This document shows, piece after piece, positions 29,660 to 39,085 of a stretch of DNA of 64,000 bases. The notes beneath the pieces were generated by a model. The model ran no database searches. It was not told the DNA's origin and saw nothing but the letters and a program-made list of their open reading frames with translations. Numbering within the stretch: the stretch's first letter is position 1; every line of letters starts with the position of its first letter. The position numbers and the translations under genes are program-made. The stretch lies in the NCBI GenBank assembly GCA_000146465.1, contig CP001947.1, one strand, 5' to 3'.

Positions 29660-30103
29660 TCAGAGATTTGCTGCCATCTTTGCTTATATCTCTGGCTTCT
29701 CCTGTAGTTTCAAGTCTATAAACCAATTACCTCCTGGGGAAACAAACCATTACAGAGGCAAGCTTTCCCACGCTGTCCCAAGCCAGAACTGAAACAAACA
29801 ATGTTCTATGCTTCCATTCATTACACAATCGAGAAATGCTTCAGAGTACACTTTCCGTTGTTATTACAGAGACCAGGGATAGAAAAGCATGCATGGCCTG
29901 CTCGCCTGCATTCTTGTGACAAATATCGAGGTGTTGTATGTATAAACCCCGACCACAACTTGACAGAAATAAGCTTAATTTCCGAAAGCAACTTTGGGAT
30001 CTCATTGGGTACTTGGAAGACAAATTAGTAAAAATGGAGGGAGAGATGTTCGATTAGTGCATTCCATATATCTTAAGACACTCTCGATGTGTGTTCCCAC
30101 GGC

Positions 30104-31273
30104 ATGAACTCATTGTTTGGAAGACTGAACAAAGTATTGAAGATGGATCTTAAGAAGGCATTTCAGTCCGGTTCCAGTAGTGAGGTGTTTGGCTTTCTTA
30201 ATAAGTATATGAGATTTGTCGAGGATGACAACGATTCCTACAGACACTTGTTTCTGGTTGGAGAAAATCCTTTGGTGGCACAAGAAGAAAATCAAGAGGA
30301 CATGAAGGAGTTTAACAAGAAATGCCTTGAGTTTCTTTCCAGAACAATAAGTAACAGTAAGAGGTCGCATCCCTATGACTCGACGCTGTCCGAGGCAGAG
30401 ACATACATGGGTCTTGGATACGAGTTCGGTCTGTTTGGGCTGCGAAAGAACGAAAGACTGGCCATAAGCTATTACTCGTCTGCAGCAAGGCAAAACCATC
30501 CTGTAGGGACATTCAGGATGGGGCATTGCCTTGAAAAGGGCATTGGAAAGCCTAGAAATCACAAGCATGCCTTGAACTTTTACAGATGCTCTGCAAAGTT
30601 AGGGTTTATTGTCGGGATGCATGCATACGGGTCTGTTCTAATCAACGGAGATATAGGAAGTAAGAAAGACCTGCAGAGCGGGCTGTTCTATTTAAAGCTT
30701 GCAGCAAGGAAGGCCTGCAAGGAATACCCATATCCATATTACGACTTGGCACAGATATACGAGTCAAGTACCGCTCCTAGTGAGATCCAAGCAGACGACG
30801 AGTATGCATTCAGACTGTATCTGAGAGGAGCAGAACTGGACTGCCCAAACTGCCAATACAGAGTGGCCAGATGCTGTGAGCTTGGGGAGCTAAAACAAGA
30901 AAAAAGCCTCCCCTTAGCGGTGGATTGGTACAGGAGGGCATCTCTCCTTGGCCAAGTCGATGCCCAAATGATATACTCAAGAATCCTATTCACCGGGATC
31001 GAAGGAGTGGTCCAAGCAAACCTAAAAGAATCGTTTTTCTGGGCACTGAAGGCTGCAGTGAGAGGCCACTCCCAAGCTGCATTTTCGGTGGCGGAGTTTG
31101 CAGAGACTGGATGCGGCATGCCCAAGAACACATTCCTGGCATTGTGGTGGTACACAATCTCCTATGAATCTGGAAATACCCAAGCAAAGTCAAGGCTTAT
31201 GATGCTCCAGCATCAAATAGAGATGAAGAACGAGGGGACTACTGAGCCAAGGTGCTGTGGATGCCTCTTCTAA
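30104..31273 (+). CDS. Sel1-repeat (SLR/TPR-like) protein, SKT5/CHS4-type chitin synthase regulator candidate
   Basis: At least five Sel1 repeats of the type A..YY..AA.QGH..A...LG.CYE.G.GV..N...A..WY. Cysteine-rich C-terminus CCGCLF. First ATG at 30104 (track start is GTG). Confidence 0.6.
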   Translation: MNSLFGRLNKVLKMDLKKAFQSGSSSEVFGFLNKYMRFVEDDNDSYRHLFLVGENPLVAQEENQEDMKEFNKKCLEFLSRTISNSKRSHPYDSTLSEAETYMGLGYEFGLFGLRKNERLAISYYSSAARQNHPVGTFRMGHCLEKGIGKPRNHKHALNFYRCSAKLGFIVGMHAYGSVLINGDIGSKKDLQSGLFYLKLAARKACKEYPYPYYDLAQIYESSTAPSEIQADDEYAFRLYLRGAELDCPNCQYRVARCCELGELKQEKSLPLAVDWYRRASLLGQVDAQMIYSRILFTGIEGVVQANLKESFFWALKAAVRGHSQAAFSVAEFAETGCGMPKNTFLALWWYTISYESGNTQAKSRLMMLQHQIEMKNEGTTEPRCCGCLF

Positions 31274-31383
31274 CTCTTTGTATGTTTTTCTCTGTTCCAG
31301 GAGTCCTAGAAATAGACTCTTGACAACAACAAATTTTATTAATTGAAATATTTTAAACATTGCACTTCTTCTGTGTCCTTCTT

Positions 31384-31851
31384 CTATCCGTAATGCTCTC
31401 CTCGTTTTATTCCCTCTATTTCGTAGAGGAGTACGTATTCGTCATCCCTATAGTTGTTTGGAATAAAACTAAACTTGAAGCTATAGTTACAGGTAAACAT
31501 GTCGTTATGGATTTTTTCCATTTCCTTGTGAAGCTTCAAGAATTCACTGTACTTCACATATATCCTGAGCCTCCTGAACCGATGGTAATCCAGAATTTTT
31601 CGGATGTAGTGCACCAGGTTCTCCAGGTCGTGTGAAATCTCAATCCTTAGAATCTCGTTGTTCTCGGGACACTGGTTTCCAGGCTTTGTGTAGCACAGGC
31701 GGTATTTCATCTTCTCGCCAGGTATCAATGGATGGGACATATACACTATCTTCTTATATTCCTCACGGCTTCCAGAAGGAAGTGTGCTTGTCTGGTTTTG
31801 TGAAAACCTTTTCATCCCCTTTGCACGGGAGTTTTCCAGTTCCTTGCACAT
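31384..31851 (-). CDS. hypothetical protein (about 155 aa)
   Basis: ORF with an ATG at 31851 (track start 31878 is GTG). No family recognised. Confidence 0.35.
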   Translation of the reverse strand: MCKELENSRAKGMKRFSQNQTSTLPSGSREEYKKIVYMSHPLIPGEKMKYRLCYTKPGNQCPENNEILRIEISHDLENLVHYIRKILDYHRFRRLRIYVKYSEFLKLHKEMEKIHNDMFTCNYSFKFSFIPNNYRDDEYVLLYEIEGIKRGEHYG

Positions 31852-32163
31852 CGGGGTGGTGTGTCCAACACAAATCACTTAAACAATTCTAAACAATTTA
31901 TTTCCTGCCCACATCCAAAGAGATTTCCAGAGGTTTTGTTATTTACCAGACTTGCCGCTAATTGCCCAGAGGAAGACAAACTGCTGCATCGTAGTTAGAA
32001 TCATTATAACTTAGAAGAAAATGTCCAAGACGTCTGACACATCATTCCAATAAGGAGCAATGCTCTTACCGTCTCTTCTGCTGTCGGGAAAACGACTCGC
32101 ATAAGCCCAGCAAGGCCTTTACTTAAGATTTTCCGGGGCCATACATATGAGCAAATTTTGAGC

Positions 32164-32907
32164 CTATTTTCTCTGCTCTCTTGAAAGCCTGAGAATTGCA
32201 GAGTAATCGAAGCCTATGGTATCTCCCCTCTTCATAGATTGTTTGGGAGATGGGTAGTACTTCTCATCGCCATCAACCCTCTCCGTAGGATTTTCCATGG
32301 AATTCTTTACATCCTTGTCCTTCACTTCTTCTTTGTCTTCAGCATCCTTGCCCGCCTCCTGGCTACTCTTAACAACAACTGCTACGGCACTAGATTTCTT
32401 CTTGGCCACTGAACCTTCTCCTGTGGCAGAACTCTTAGCTTTTTTCTCTTTCTTCTCTTTGTTTCTATAAACAGGATCTTCCCCAGCCCTTCTCCCAAGA
32501 TCCTCGCTTAACATCCCATTCTTGTATAAGTCTCTATAGAGCCTGTCCAAAATACTAAGCTTGGACAGCAGCTTGAACTCATAGTCCTTTAGAAGCATAA
32601 CCAACTCCTTTCCAACCTCCAGATCTCTTCCATTTTTGATAACATGCGATCCTCCAAGCTCTCCCATCAGGACATCGAAGTAGAATCTCCCGTTCATGTA
32701 ATAGATCTCTTTGATTTGAAGCCAATTGATTTCTTCCTGATTTTGCGGGGAGTTCTTCAGGAAATAGGAGTCAAGTATTTCGGGATATTTAGAATACAGC
32801 ATTTCACTGGTCATTCCATCTAATTCATTTGTATCTGCTATTGCATCAAAATCCGACCCATAGAAGCTTAAAAGCTCGATAAATCTCTTTTTCATGCCCG
32901 AGTCCAT
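32164..32907 (-). CDS. hypothetical protein with K/E/S-rich C-terminal half (247 aa)
   Basis: ATG ORF. The N-terminal helix pattern KRFIELLSFYGSDFDAIA is faintly SANT/Myb-like. No firm assignment. Confidence 0.4.
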   Translation of the reverse strand: MDSGMKKRFIELLSFYGSDFDAIADTNELDGMTSEMLYSKYPEILDSYFLKNSPQNQEEINWLQIKEIYYMNGRFYFDVLMGELGGSHVIKNGRDLEVGKELVMLLKDYEFKLLSKLSILDRLYRDLYKNGMLSEDLGRRAGEDPVYRNKEKKEKKAKSSATGEGSVAKKKSSAVAVVVKSSQEAGKDAEDKEEVKDKDVKNSMENPTERVDGDEKYYPSPKQSMKRGDTIGFDYSAILRLSREQRK

Positions 32908-33064
32908 ACCCCCAATCCCAAATAATTTTATTATCCCAAAGAGCAGCCTCCTATCTCTTTAGACTTCAAGCGTCAGGTTTTGTAATGGATTTATTTGAAA
33001 CATTTATCATTATAGGAAGAGGGTGTTCAAGTATCAGCATTTGTTTTCCCATCCTACAGGCACA

Positions 33065-33871
33065 ATGGTACACATTGCCCTTATGTCTTTTATTCCAGGG
33101 GCTTTGTCTTGGTACGAACCTGCAATTGATCCGAGTAAGATCCCAAGAGACGATGCAATCCTGAGGTTTGGGGAAAGCGAGAGTTCAAACACCGGGGAAT
33201 ATTCTCCAGGGCATACTGATGAGAGAGTAACAGAAAACCAGCAAGACAACGATCCAGACATAAGCTTGAGTGACATTGATGAAAGGATTAACGAATATCC
33301 TTCGAAGGAAATACTTCCTCCACAGGTCCGGTCGATCCCAATTGCAGATGATGTCGAAGCAAAAATTGAAAAGGTCCGAGAACTAACAAAAGCATTCAAT
33401 AAGAAGATAGGAACAGAAAATGTGTCTGGGATCCATGACCGGGAGGCATGGAACAAGTTCTATGAATATTTGAAACTAAACTTCAAGGACTTCCTAATAG
33501 ACGGCCATCTCTCCATCGAACTCCACATTAGATATGTTCTGTGTTGCTATGTCGTTGCATTTATCCCAGCTGAGTTTGCATTTCTTTTTCCTGCCTCCTA
33601 CAAAATATTCATCCCAAAAAGAGCAATGAAGGTTCCTATCCTTGGCGATGCCATAAAGGGGATAGACAGGTTCTTGACATTTGTCAGTGACCGCAGCTCG
33701 AAGACATTCATCATAACATTTTATGTGGGACGTCAAAATTCCCTTGTGGAGGACATAGAGTTCATAAAGAGAGTTCCGGATCTTATATTCACAAATCCCA
33801 TAGAAATACTTAGAGAGATCCTGAAGTTCGAGATAAGGTCTGAAGGATATGACAACAAGAAAGAGCTATAG
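33065..33871 (+). CDS. hypothetical protein (268 aa)
   Basis: ORF from the first ATG (track start 33023 is GTG). Acidic N-terminal third. No family recognised. Confidence 0.4.
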   Translation: MVHIALMSFIPGALSWYEPAIDPSKIPRDDAILRFGESESSNTGEYSPGHTDERVTENQQDNDPDISLSDIDERINEYPSKEILPPQVRSIPIADDVEAKIEKVRELTKAFNKKIGTENVSGIHDREAWNKFYEYLKLNFKDFLIDGHLSIELHIRYVLCCYVVAFIPAEFAFLFPASYKIFIPKRAMKVPILGDAIKGIDRFLTFVSDRSSKTFIITFYVGRQNSLVEDIEFIKRVPDLIFTNPIEILREILKFEIRSEGYDNKKEL

Positions 33872-34069
33872 GGACCCACTCAAAGGGCTCTCCATCTTCT
33901 TGAGGCTTGTATTAACTAACCACAGAGCCAAGCAGGTTGGCATCCTTGAGGCACAAGGACTCAATTATCTTCGCCAATAAGAAACTGTAGGATCCGAGAG
34001 CTTTCAATTGGAAAGCATTGAAACAGGTGTTTTGCATAAAATATTTAATGGAAAAAGTATCAGGTCACA

Positions 34070-34318
34070 ATGAAGTTTATAGTTGGAATAATCTCAATCT
34101 TTGCAGTGTCAGTTTTCTCAACATCATCGCTGGGTACTTCTTCATCCAGAACTTTCACCAGTAGCAGGTACTACTCGGGCTCTTCAAGTAGTGGAAGCGG
34201 AGTAACCCCCTATTCTTCATACTATCATGGATATGGGGTTGGGACAGGGACAACAGTAGATCCTTTTGCAGATATTAGATCTGGAGCACTGGGAAGATCA
34301 TCTTCCATTCACTACTAA
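34070..34318 (+). CDS. small secreted S/G/Y-rich protein (82 aa), spore-wall or polar-tube-type candidate
   Basis: Clear signal peptide MKFIVGIISIFAVSVFS. The mature part is low-complexity (SSSRTFTSSRYYSGSSSSGSG..YYHGYGVGTGT). Confidence 0.5.
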   Translation: MKFIVGIISIFAVSVFSTSSLGTSSSRTFTSSRYYSGSSSSGSGVTPYSSYYHGYGVGTGTTVDPFADIRSGALGRSSSIHY

Positions 34319-34513
34319 GGTAACTCAACCTGAGGTACGTTAAATAAAGCAATAATGCACAAACTATCTTCTTTCTTCTTTCCAATAGGAATCCTCCATT
34401 GCAATTTGTTTCATATGCGGTGTGCAATTTGTTAGAGAAGTTGTCTTGGAGCCAATCATTTTGCTCAACAAGAAACAGAAAAATATAAAATAAAAAATCC
34501 GAAGGTTTGAAAA

Positions 34514-35266
34514 ATGAATCTAGGTACTCTCATTCCTTTTCTTGCATTAGCCCTTTGCGCAACTCCTGAGGCTTCAGGGGATTCAGGCACATCAGCTGAT
34601 TCATCGGGGCAGTTGGCATTTGCAGTTCCTGTATATGCAACTTCGGGAGGAAATAGAATTGTCAATGCCGTTTATGCAATCGTCCTTCTGGTGGCCATAG
34701 CTGTGATCAACCTCCCACGTAAGTCTCTCGAGCAGACACAGTATGCTGCTACATCGGCCTTGGGTGCATACTTCTTGATCTCCCACATCTTGCAGTCCAC
34801 AGGAATAGCACTAGAAATGGACATGATTGCTGCAGGTATTGTTGCTGTCCTTGCTGCCGTTATTTCTTACAACAAGATGCTCAGGAGTCTTCTCTTTGCC
34901 TTAATATCTGCTTATGGAACAACATATTTTGCTGTCCTGATAGTAAGACTCGAGTCGATTCTCTTTGCAGGAATCCTGGGTGTGGTTCTCTTCTTTGTAT
35001 ATATATTCCTCGGAAAGATGAAAGAAGATGGCAGACTCTTGGTTGCAATGGCCAAAGCAGATGTTTCCAGTCTTGGGTTTGCATCCTTCATAAACGTCTG
35101 GGGCGCCTTTGACATGTTTGGAGGAATGCATGGCATAAATGCAAGCGAAGGCCTGTTCCAAGGATTCCTTTTCGGGGGTATCATCATTGCTTTGGTTTTC
35201 GCTGTTGTGTTTACGATGAATTACTTCAGCGAGTGGACTCAAGAAAAGATGAACAGTGCCAGCTAA
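34514..35266 (+). CDS. multi-pass membrane protein with N-terminal signal peptide (250 aa)
   Basis: Signal-like MNLGTLIPFLALALCATPEA, then about 6 hydrophobic helices (e.g. IVLLVAIAVINL, GIVAVLAAVISY, ILGVVLFFVYIFL, GGIIIALVFAVVF). Confidence 0.55.
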   Translation: MNLGTLIPFLALALCATPEASGDSGTSADSSGQLAFAVPVYATSGGNRIVNAVYAIVLLVAIAVINLPRKSLEQTQYAATSALGAYFLISHILQSTGIALEMDMIAAGIVAVLAAVISYNKMLRSLLFALISAYGTTYFAVLIVRLESILFAGILGVVLFFVYIFLGKMKEDGRLLVAMAKADVSSLGFASFINVWGAFDMFGGMHGINASEGLFQGFLFGGIIIALVFAVVFTMNYFSEWTQEKMNSAS

Positions 35267-35347
35267 ACCTTGATAGGTTCCTGTATGGATGAAAATAAAC
35301 ACTTTTCTGTCCAATTACATATTAGAATTGTATTCTTCCAAGCCCTA

Positions 35348-35614
35348 ATGACCGAGCCGAGGGTTGAAGATGTGTATCGCCCGTCTTTCCGCAAATGCAT
35401 TCTGAGGACCATGGGAGCATGCTTTATATCCGGCTATCTTGTGGGCTCTTCTTTTCGATTGGCTGCCGGAAGTAGATGCGACTACGGCCAATACCTTGCA
35501 AACAAGCTTTGTGCTGCTGGGGTGTGTTTCCAACTTGGAAGAAGACTGACTGCCGAGGTGGTAGGAGGGGTAAAAAAGAATTTTATTTCGTGGCGGCTTT
35601 CTCCCTGGAAATGA
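35348..35614 (+). CDS. small glycine-zipper membrane protein (88 aa); speculative Romo1/Mgr2- or Tim17-family-like
   Basis: ATG at 35348. The pattern PSFRKCILRTMGACFISGYLVGSSF has G-x3-G spacing like the PS..D..KMGf.mG...G...G..FG core of Romo1/Mgr2. The stop TGA (35612-35614) overlaps the next gene's ATG. Confidence 0.35.
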   Translation: MTEPRVEDVYRPSFRKCILRTMGACFISGYLVGSSFRLAAGSRCDYGQYLANKLCAAGVCFQLGRRLTAEVVGGVKKNFISWRLSPWK

Positions 35615-37368
35615 AGCTATTTGGGCAGGAGTTGTCGACATATATGTATGGAAGGATACTGGACCGAAAGTTTATAACTCCTTCGGGATCATATGAGATA
35701 GAGCCGTTGGAGATTGCTTCTGGGATGCATCCAGTGAGATACAACGGGAAGATAGAAATCTTTTATGTGTCCCCGATATTCAACAGCTATCTTGTGTCCC
35801 GCGAAGAGAATGTTAATGTACTGTTTTCAGCAGACGGAAAGGTTACAATCACCAACGAGGATATAGACAAAGATACTCTGTACACTTTTCGGATTGTCCG
35901 GGAGACGAGCGATCTTAGAGTTGCCGAGATCTACAAGTTTGATACATTTTATCCTGGATTCAAGACGACTGGAGAAGTCAAGTGGAAGATAGGGAAGGAT
36001 GGGCGGAGGATTTACACAGTACAGACCAAATATGGGGATGGAACTCTGATTATGCAGAACAACAAAGAAAAGAATATTGTAAGTGTTCTTCTGTATAAAA
36101 AGGACAAGGAACTTCATTTCGTACAGGTCGACGACCCAATAAGCGGTATTGTAAAGATGACTGTGACGGCAGAGATGGGCAACAAATATGGGGTGAGGGA
36201 TCGTAATGTACGAGGATTTCTTATCACAAACAACACTTATAAGACTGGGGATTCTGTGGCATGCACAATTAAGGAAGTCTGGCTGGGAAACTACTTGTTT
36301 ACAGAGTATTTTGAGCTAGGGATAGGATCTATTATTGAAGCTCGTGTTAAGAGCTATGGAAAGAACAAGATATATCTTGAATATAAAGGCCACGAAGGAT
36401 ACATTTTGATTTCTGAATCCGAAGGAAGAAGATACGGAAACAATGTGAGGGGAACTGTGTATGACATAAAAGATGGTTTGTTCCTGCTGAGCACCAAGAG
36501 GATACCTGAATTGGAAAGAAAAGAGAAGGGGATTGATCTATCTGTTCCCTTCGATATCTCTGATCAGACAGAGGAATCAAGTGACTCTTTAGAAGAGGAT
36601 GTGGATGGAGTGAGCAGGTCTTTAGGGGCCGAAAGAAAAAGAAGCAAGACAGTAACAGAGGACGATATCTTAATGGACATCCACGCACATCCTGGAGAAG
36701 CGATTCCTGTGATCAAATACATACAATACAAAATCGAAATTGGAGAGGAAGGAGGACCCGAAGAGATTTTCCATAAGTTCCTTCCTATGATTGAGGGGGA
36801 AGAAAAGGATAAGCTTTGTATTTCGTTTGTGAACTACCTAATGTTTGTCAAGGATCCAGATTGCCTGAAGGTGATAAAGAAGTTGTCGAAGATATGCTCG
36901 GAACGATTCCTGGATGCTGTTGCATCCAACACCGACGACATCCAGGTCCTTAGGCTCTATTTTGAAAGGACGGAGACAAGGAAGTCCTTTGGAATGTACT
37001 TGGATGGGCTATTCAAAGCAGACCGAGAGGAAGCCATGAGACTTGTTGAAAAGCATAGAGAGCTCCTTGGCGTATCGATTGGTATAATATACAAGCATTG
37101 CGAGAACCCAAGAGCATGGGTGGAGAAGCTATTGGTTGACAAGAAGGATGTTTGGATGTCTTACATCCGAAACGAAAAAGGAACGTATCTTCGGAGCCTT
37201 TACAGAAGAGTTGTTGACAAGAAGTGGAAGGTGAGTGACATGAAGGAGTTCTACAAGATGTGGATGGATTATGAGAAGGAGAACAACGGAAATATAGAAG
37301 AAGTAAAGCTAAGAGCCAGAGAATATGTTGGGAGCATCAAGAACAATTCCGTGCATAGACAAGCATAA
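35611..37368 (+). CDS. RRP5: rRNA biogenesis protein RRP5-like (S1 domains plus C-terminal HAT/TPR repeats)
   Basis: S1-like segments (GDSVACTIKEVWLGNYLF.., GSIIEARVKSYGKNKIYLEY) and a helical-repeat C-terminus ending FYKMWMDYEKENNGNIEEVKLRAREYV. Start at the ATG at 35611. Confidence 0.55.
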   Translation: MKLFGQELSTYMYGRILDRKFITPSGSYEIEPLEIASGMHPVRYNGKIEIFYVSPIFNSYLVSREENVNVLFSADGKVTITNEDIDKDTLYTFRIVRETSDLRVAEIYKFDTFYPGFKTTGEVKWKIGKDGRRIYTVQTKYGDGTLIMQNNKEKNIVSVLLYKKDKELHFVQVDDPISGIVKMTVTAEMGNKYGVRDRNVRGFLITNNTYKTGDSVACTIKEVWLGNYLFTEYFELGIGSIIEARVKSYGKNKIYLEYKGHEGYILISESEGRRYGNNVRGTVYDIKDGLFLLSTKRIPELERKEKGIDLSVPFDISDQTEESSDSLEEDVDGVSRSLGAERKRSKTVTEDDILMDIHAHPGEAIPVIKYIQYKIEIGEEGGPEEIFHKFLPMIEGEEKDKLCISFVNYLMFVKDPDCLKVIKKLSKICSERFLDAVASNTDDIQVLRLYFERTETRKSFGMYLDGLFKADREEAMRLVEKHRELLGVSIGIIYKHCENPRAWVEKLLVDKKDVWMSYIRNEKGTYLRSLYRRVVDKKWKVSDMKEFYKMWMDYEKENNGNIEEVKLRAREYVGSIKNNSVHRQA

Positions 37369-37388
37369 TAAAGATATCTACCGGTATT

Positions 37389-38111
37389 TTAATCCATTGT
37401 TTCCATTGCAGACGACAATCCTGCTATTTTTTCCTTGAGTATCTTCAATCCCTCCAGAACAATGGCAAGAGGCCCAGCTCCGCCTTCGACAACCTCCACG
37501 CACATATAAATTTTGTCGACCCTCTGCATTGGATTGGCCTCTGCTTGTTTGACTCCAGGCCATTCTTCTTCTATGGACTCCTCGAACCAATAGTTTGTCT
37601 CTCTTCTGGCATTATCTTTGTCATATTCAAAGCTTATGGCCGATACCGGAGACCATTTTGCATGGGTCCTCCCAATCCCCTTTCGCCCAATGCATCGGGC
37701 TTTCAAGCCTTGGTCTCTTGCTAGCTTTGTAATGATGGGTCCGCTCTTGACTACCACATCTTCCTCATCACAAATAATGTCTCTTGTGCTCACAACCCTC
37801 AAGGCGTCTTCAGTGTGGACCACATCTATCTCAAACACGACCGAGCATTCCGAGCAGAATCCTGAGCAGCTGCATTCGTCCTTGTACTTGAGCTCCCTTT
37901 TCGAGTACACGGGAATCAGTCCAAGCCTGTGTGCAAGAACCTCATCTGGAAGTACTGTGTTGTTTCTTTCTATCTCCACCATGTCGATTGCAATGGTCGG
38001 TACTTCCGAAATCAGTATTCTCCTCAGTGCATTTGCATATCCTACCGTTGTATTGGAGAGTGTGAATCTTATGCGTTCCGGTGTCAACTCCTCTATAGAT
38101 AAGGCGATCAT
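37389..38111 (-). CDS. RPB3: RNA polymerase II subunit RPB3
   Basis: 240 aa. The alpha-like dimerisation motif ANALRRILISEVPTIAIDMVEIERNNTVLPDEVLAHRLGLIP and the RPB3-specific cysteine cluster CSCSGFCSEC. Confidence 0.8.
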   Translation of the reverse strand: MIALSIEELTPERIRFTLSNTTVGYANALRRILISEVPTIAIDMVEIERNNTVLPDEVLAHRLGLIPVYSKRELKYKDECSCSGFCSECSVVFEIDVVHTEDALRVVSTRDIICDEEDVVVKSGPIITKLARDQGLKARCIGRKGIGRTHAKWSPVSAISFEYDKDNARRETNYWFEESIEEEWPGVKQAEANPMQRVDKIYMCVEVVEGGAGPLAIVLEGLKILKEKIAGLSSAMETMD

Positions 38112-38170
38112 CCTCCAGGGCTTCCAGAATTTTTAAGAAGTGATATTGCAACTAAGTGGCCTGCCCCTAA

Positions 38171-38455
38171 ATGCACAGTTCCTTTCTGAATCACTATTCA
38201 AAGGTTGTAAGCATGCTGTCTTTTGCCTTTGTGACTGTGCTTACTTTGATCTCGATCTTCAGAACTCATGCCGAGATGCCGAAGGCATTCAAAGTTGCTG
38301 CAATTTTGCTGCTGCTTCTGTCACTATGCCTCATAAGGTACATAGCAACAGTGCTCCATTTCAAGGGCTATGCATGGATGGGATATATACTTGCCCTCCA
38401 CGGGTCGCTGCTCTTCGTGCTTGTCCTTGGAGCAAGAGAAGGTTCTTACAAGTAA
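38171..38455 (+). CDS. possible small 3-TM membrane protein (80-94 aa)
   Basis: This is the only ORF with protein-like features in an otherwise empty 384-bp spacer. It has three hydrophobic helices (MLSFAFVTVLTLISIF, VAAILLLLLSLCLI, GYILALHGSLLFVLVL). It competes with an overlapping 110-aa ORF in another frame. Confidence 0.3.
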   Translation: MHSSFLNHYSKVVSMLSFAFVTVLTLISIFRTHAEMPKAFKVAAILLLLLSLCLIRYIATVLHFKGYAWMGYILALHGSLLFVLVLGAREGSYK

Positions 38456-38495
38456 GGGTTTTGGATTCTTGAGGATTTGCCTCGCCAAGCCCTCG

Positions 38496-38999
38496 ATGGA
38501 CTGGTACGAGCCGGGAGAGGACACATACACACTAATGGATGTTTTGGAAGAAGAGGACCTGGAAATGAAGGTTATTCTGGACCTGGGAACATCGACTGGA
38601 ATAATAGCAGAGCATCTGGAAAAGAAAAACACTGTCCTATCGTCAGACATCAACATCAAAGCACTTCAAAACCATAGGGGAGGAAATTTAGTGAGGGCAG
38701 ACTTACTTCATGCAATAAATCAGCAACATGTGGATATTGTTGTGTTCAATCCTCCATATGTACTTGACTCCGACGACCCTGTCATAGGAGGGGGCCATCT
38801 TGGAAGAGAAGTGATCGATAGATTCATCAGTCTTCTCGAGATCGGGATTGTATATCTTCTTGTTATACAGGCCAACAAGCCAAGTGAGGTAATGAAGCTG
38901 CTTGAAGAAAAGGGATATAAAACCAAAATTCTTAGGGTGAGAAAGATCCTGGGAGAAACAATCTATATCATCAAGGGGGAAAGACACATAAAGAAATAG
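38496..38999 (+). CDS. MTQ2: eRF1 glutamine methyltransferase MTQ2 / N6AMT1 (HemK family)
   Basis: WYEPGEDTYTLMDVL matches vYEPaEDtFLLlDaL. SAM motif ILDLGTSTGI and catalytic VFNPPYV. Start at the ATG at 38496. Confidence 0.8.
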   Translation: MDWYEPGEDTYTLMDVLEEEDLEMKVILDLGTSTGIIAEHLEKKNTVLSSDINIKALQNHRGGNLVRADLLHAINQQHVDIVVFNPPYVLDSDDPVIGGGHLGREVIDRFISLLEIGIVYLLVIQANKPSEVMKLLEEKGYKTKILRVRKILGETIYIIKGERHIKK

Positions 39000-39085
39000 C
39001 CATTGTTTATTCTTTCGATCTCTAGCTTTCCTGGAGAGCATCTACATAAATGGCCTAGATATAGAAGAAGCATAGGAAAGTTGTT

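Noticed and set aside
29866-29925. U6 snRNA-like string ACAGAGA...AGCAUGCAUGGCCUGC...UGACA
   Set aside because: The spacing between ACAGAGA and the AGC triad is 13 nt, against the invariant 5 nt. There is no 5' stem-loop and no 3' U-tract. It is probably a chance resemblance, and the region is reported only as an unexplained spacer.
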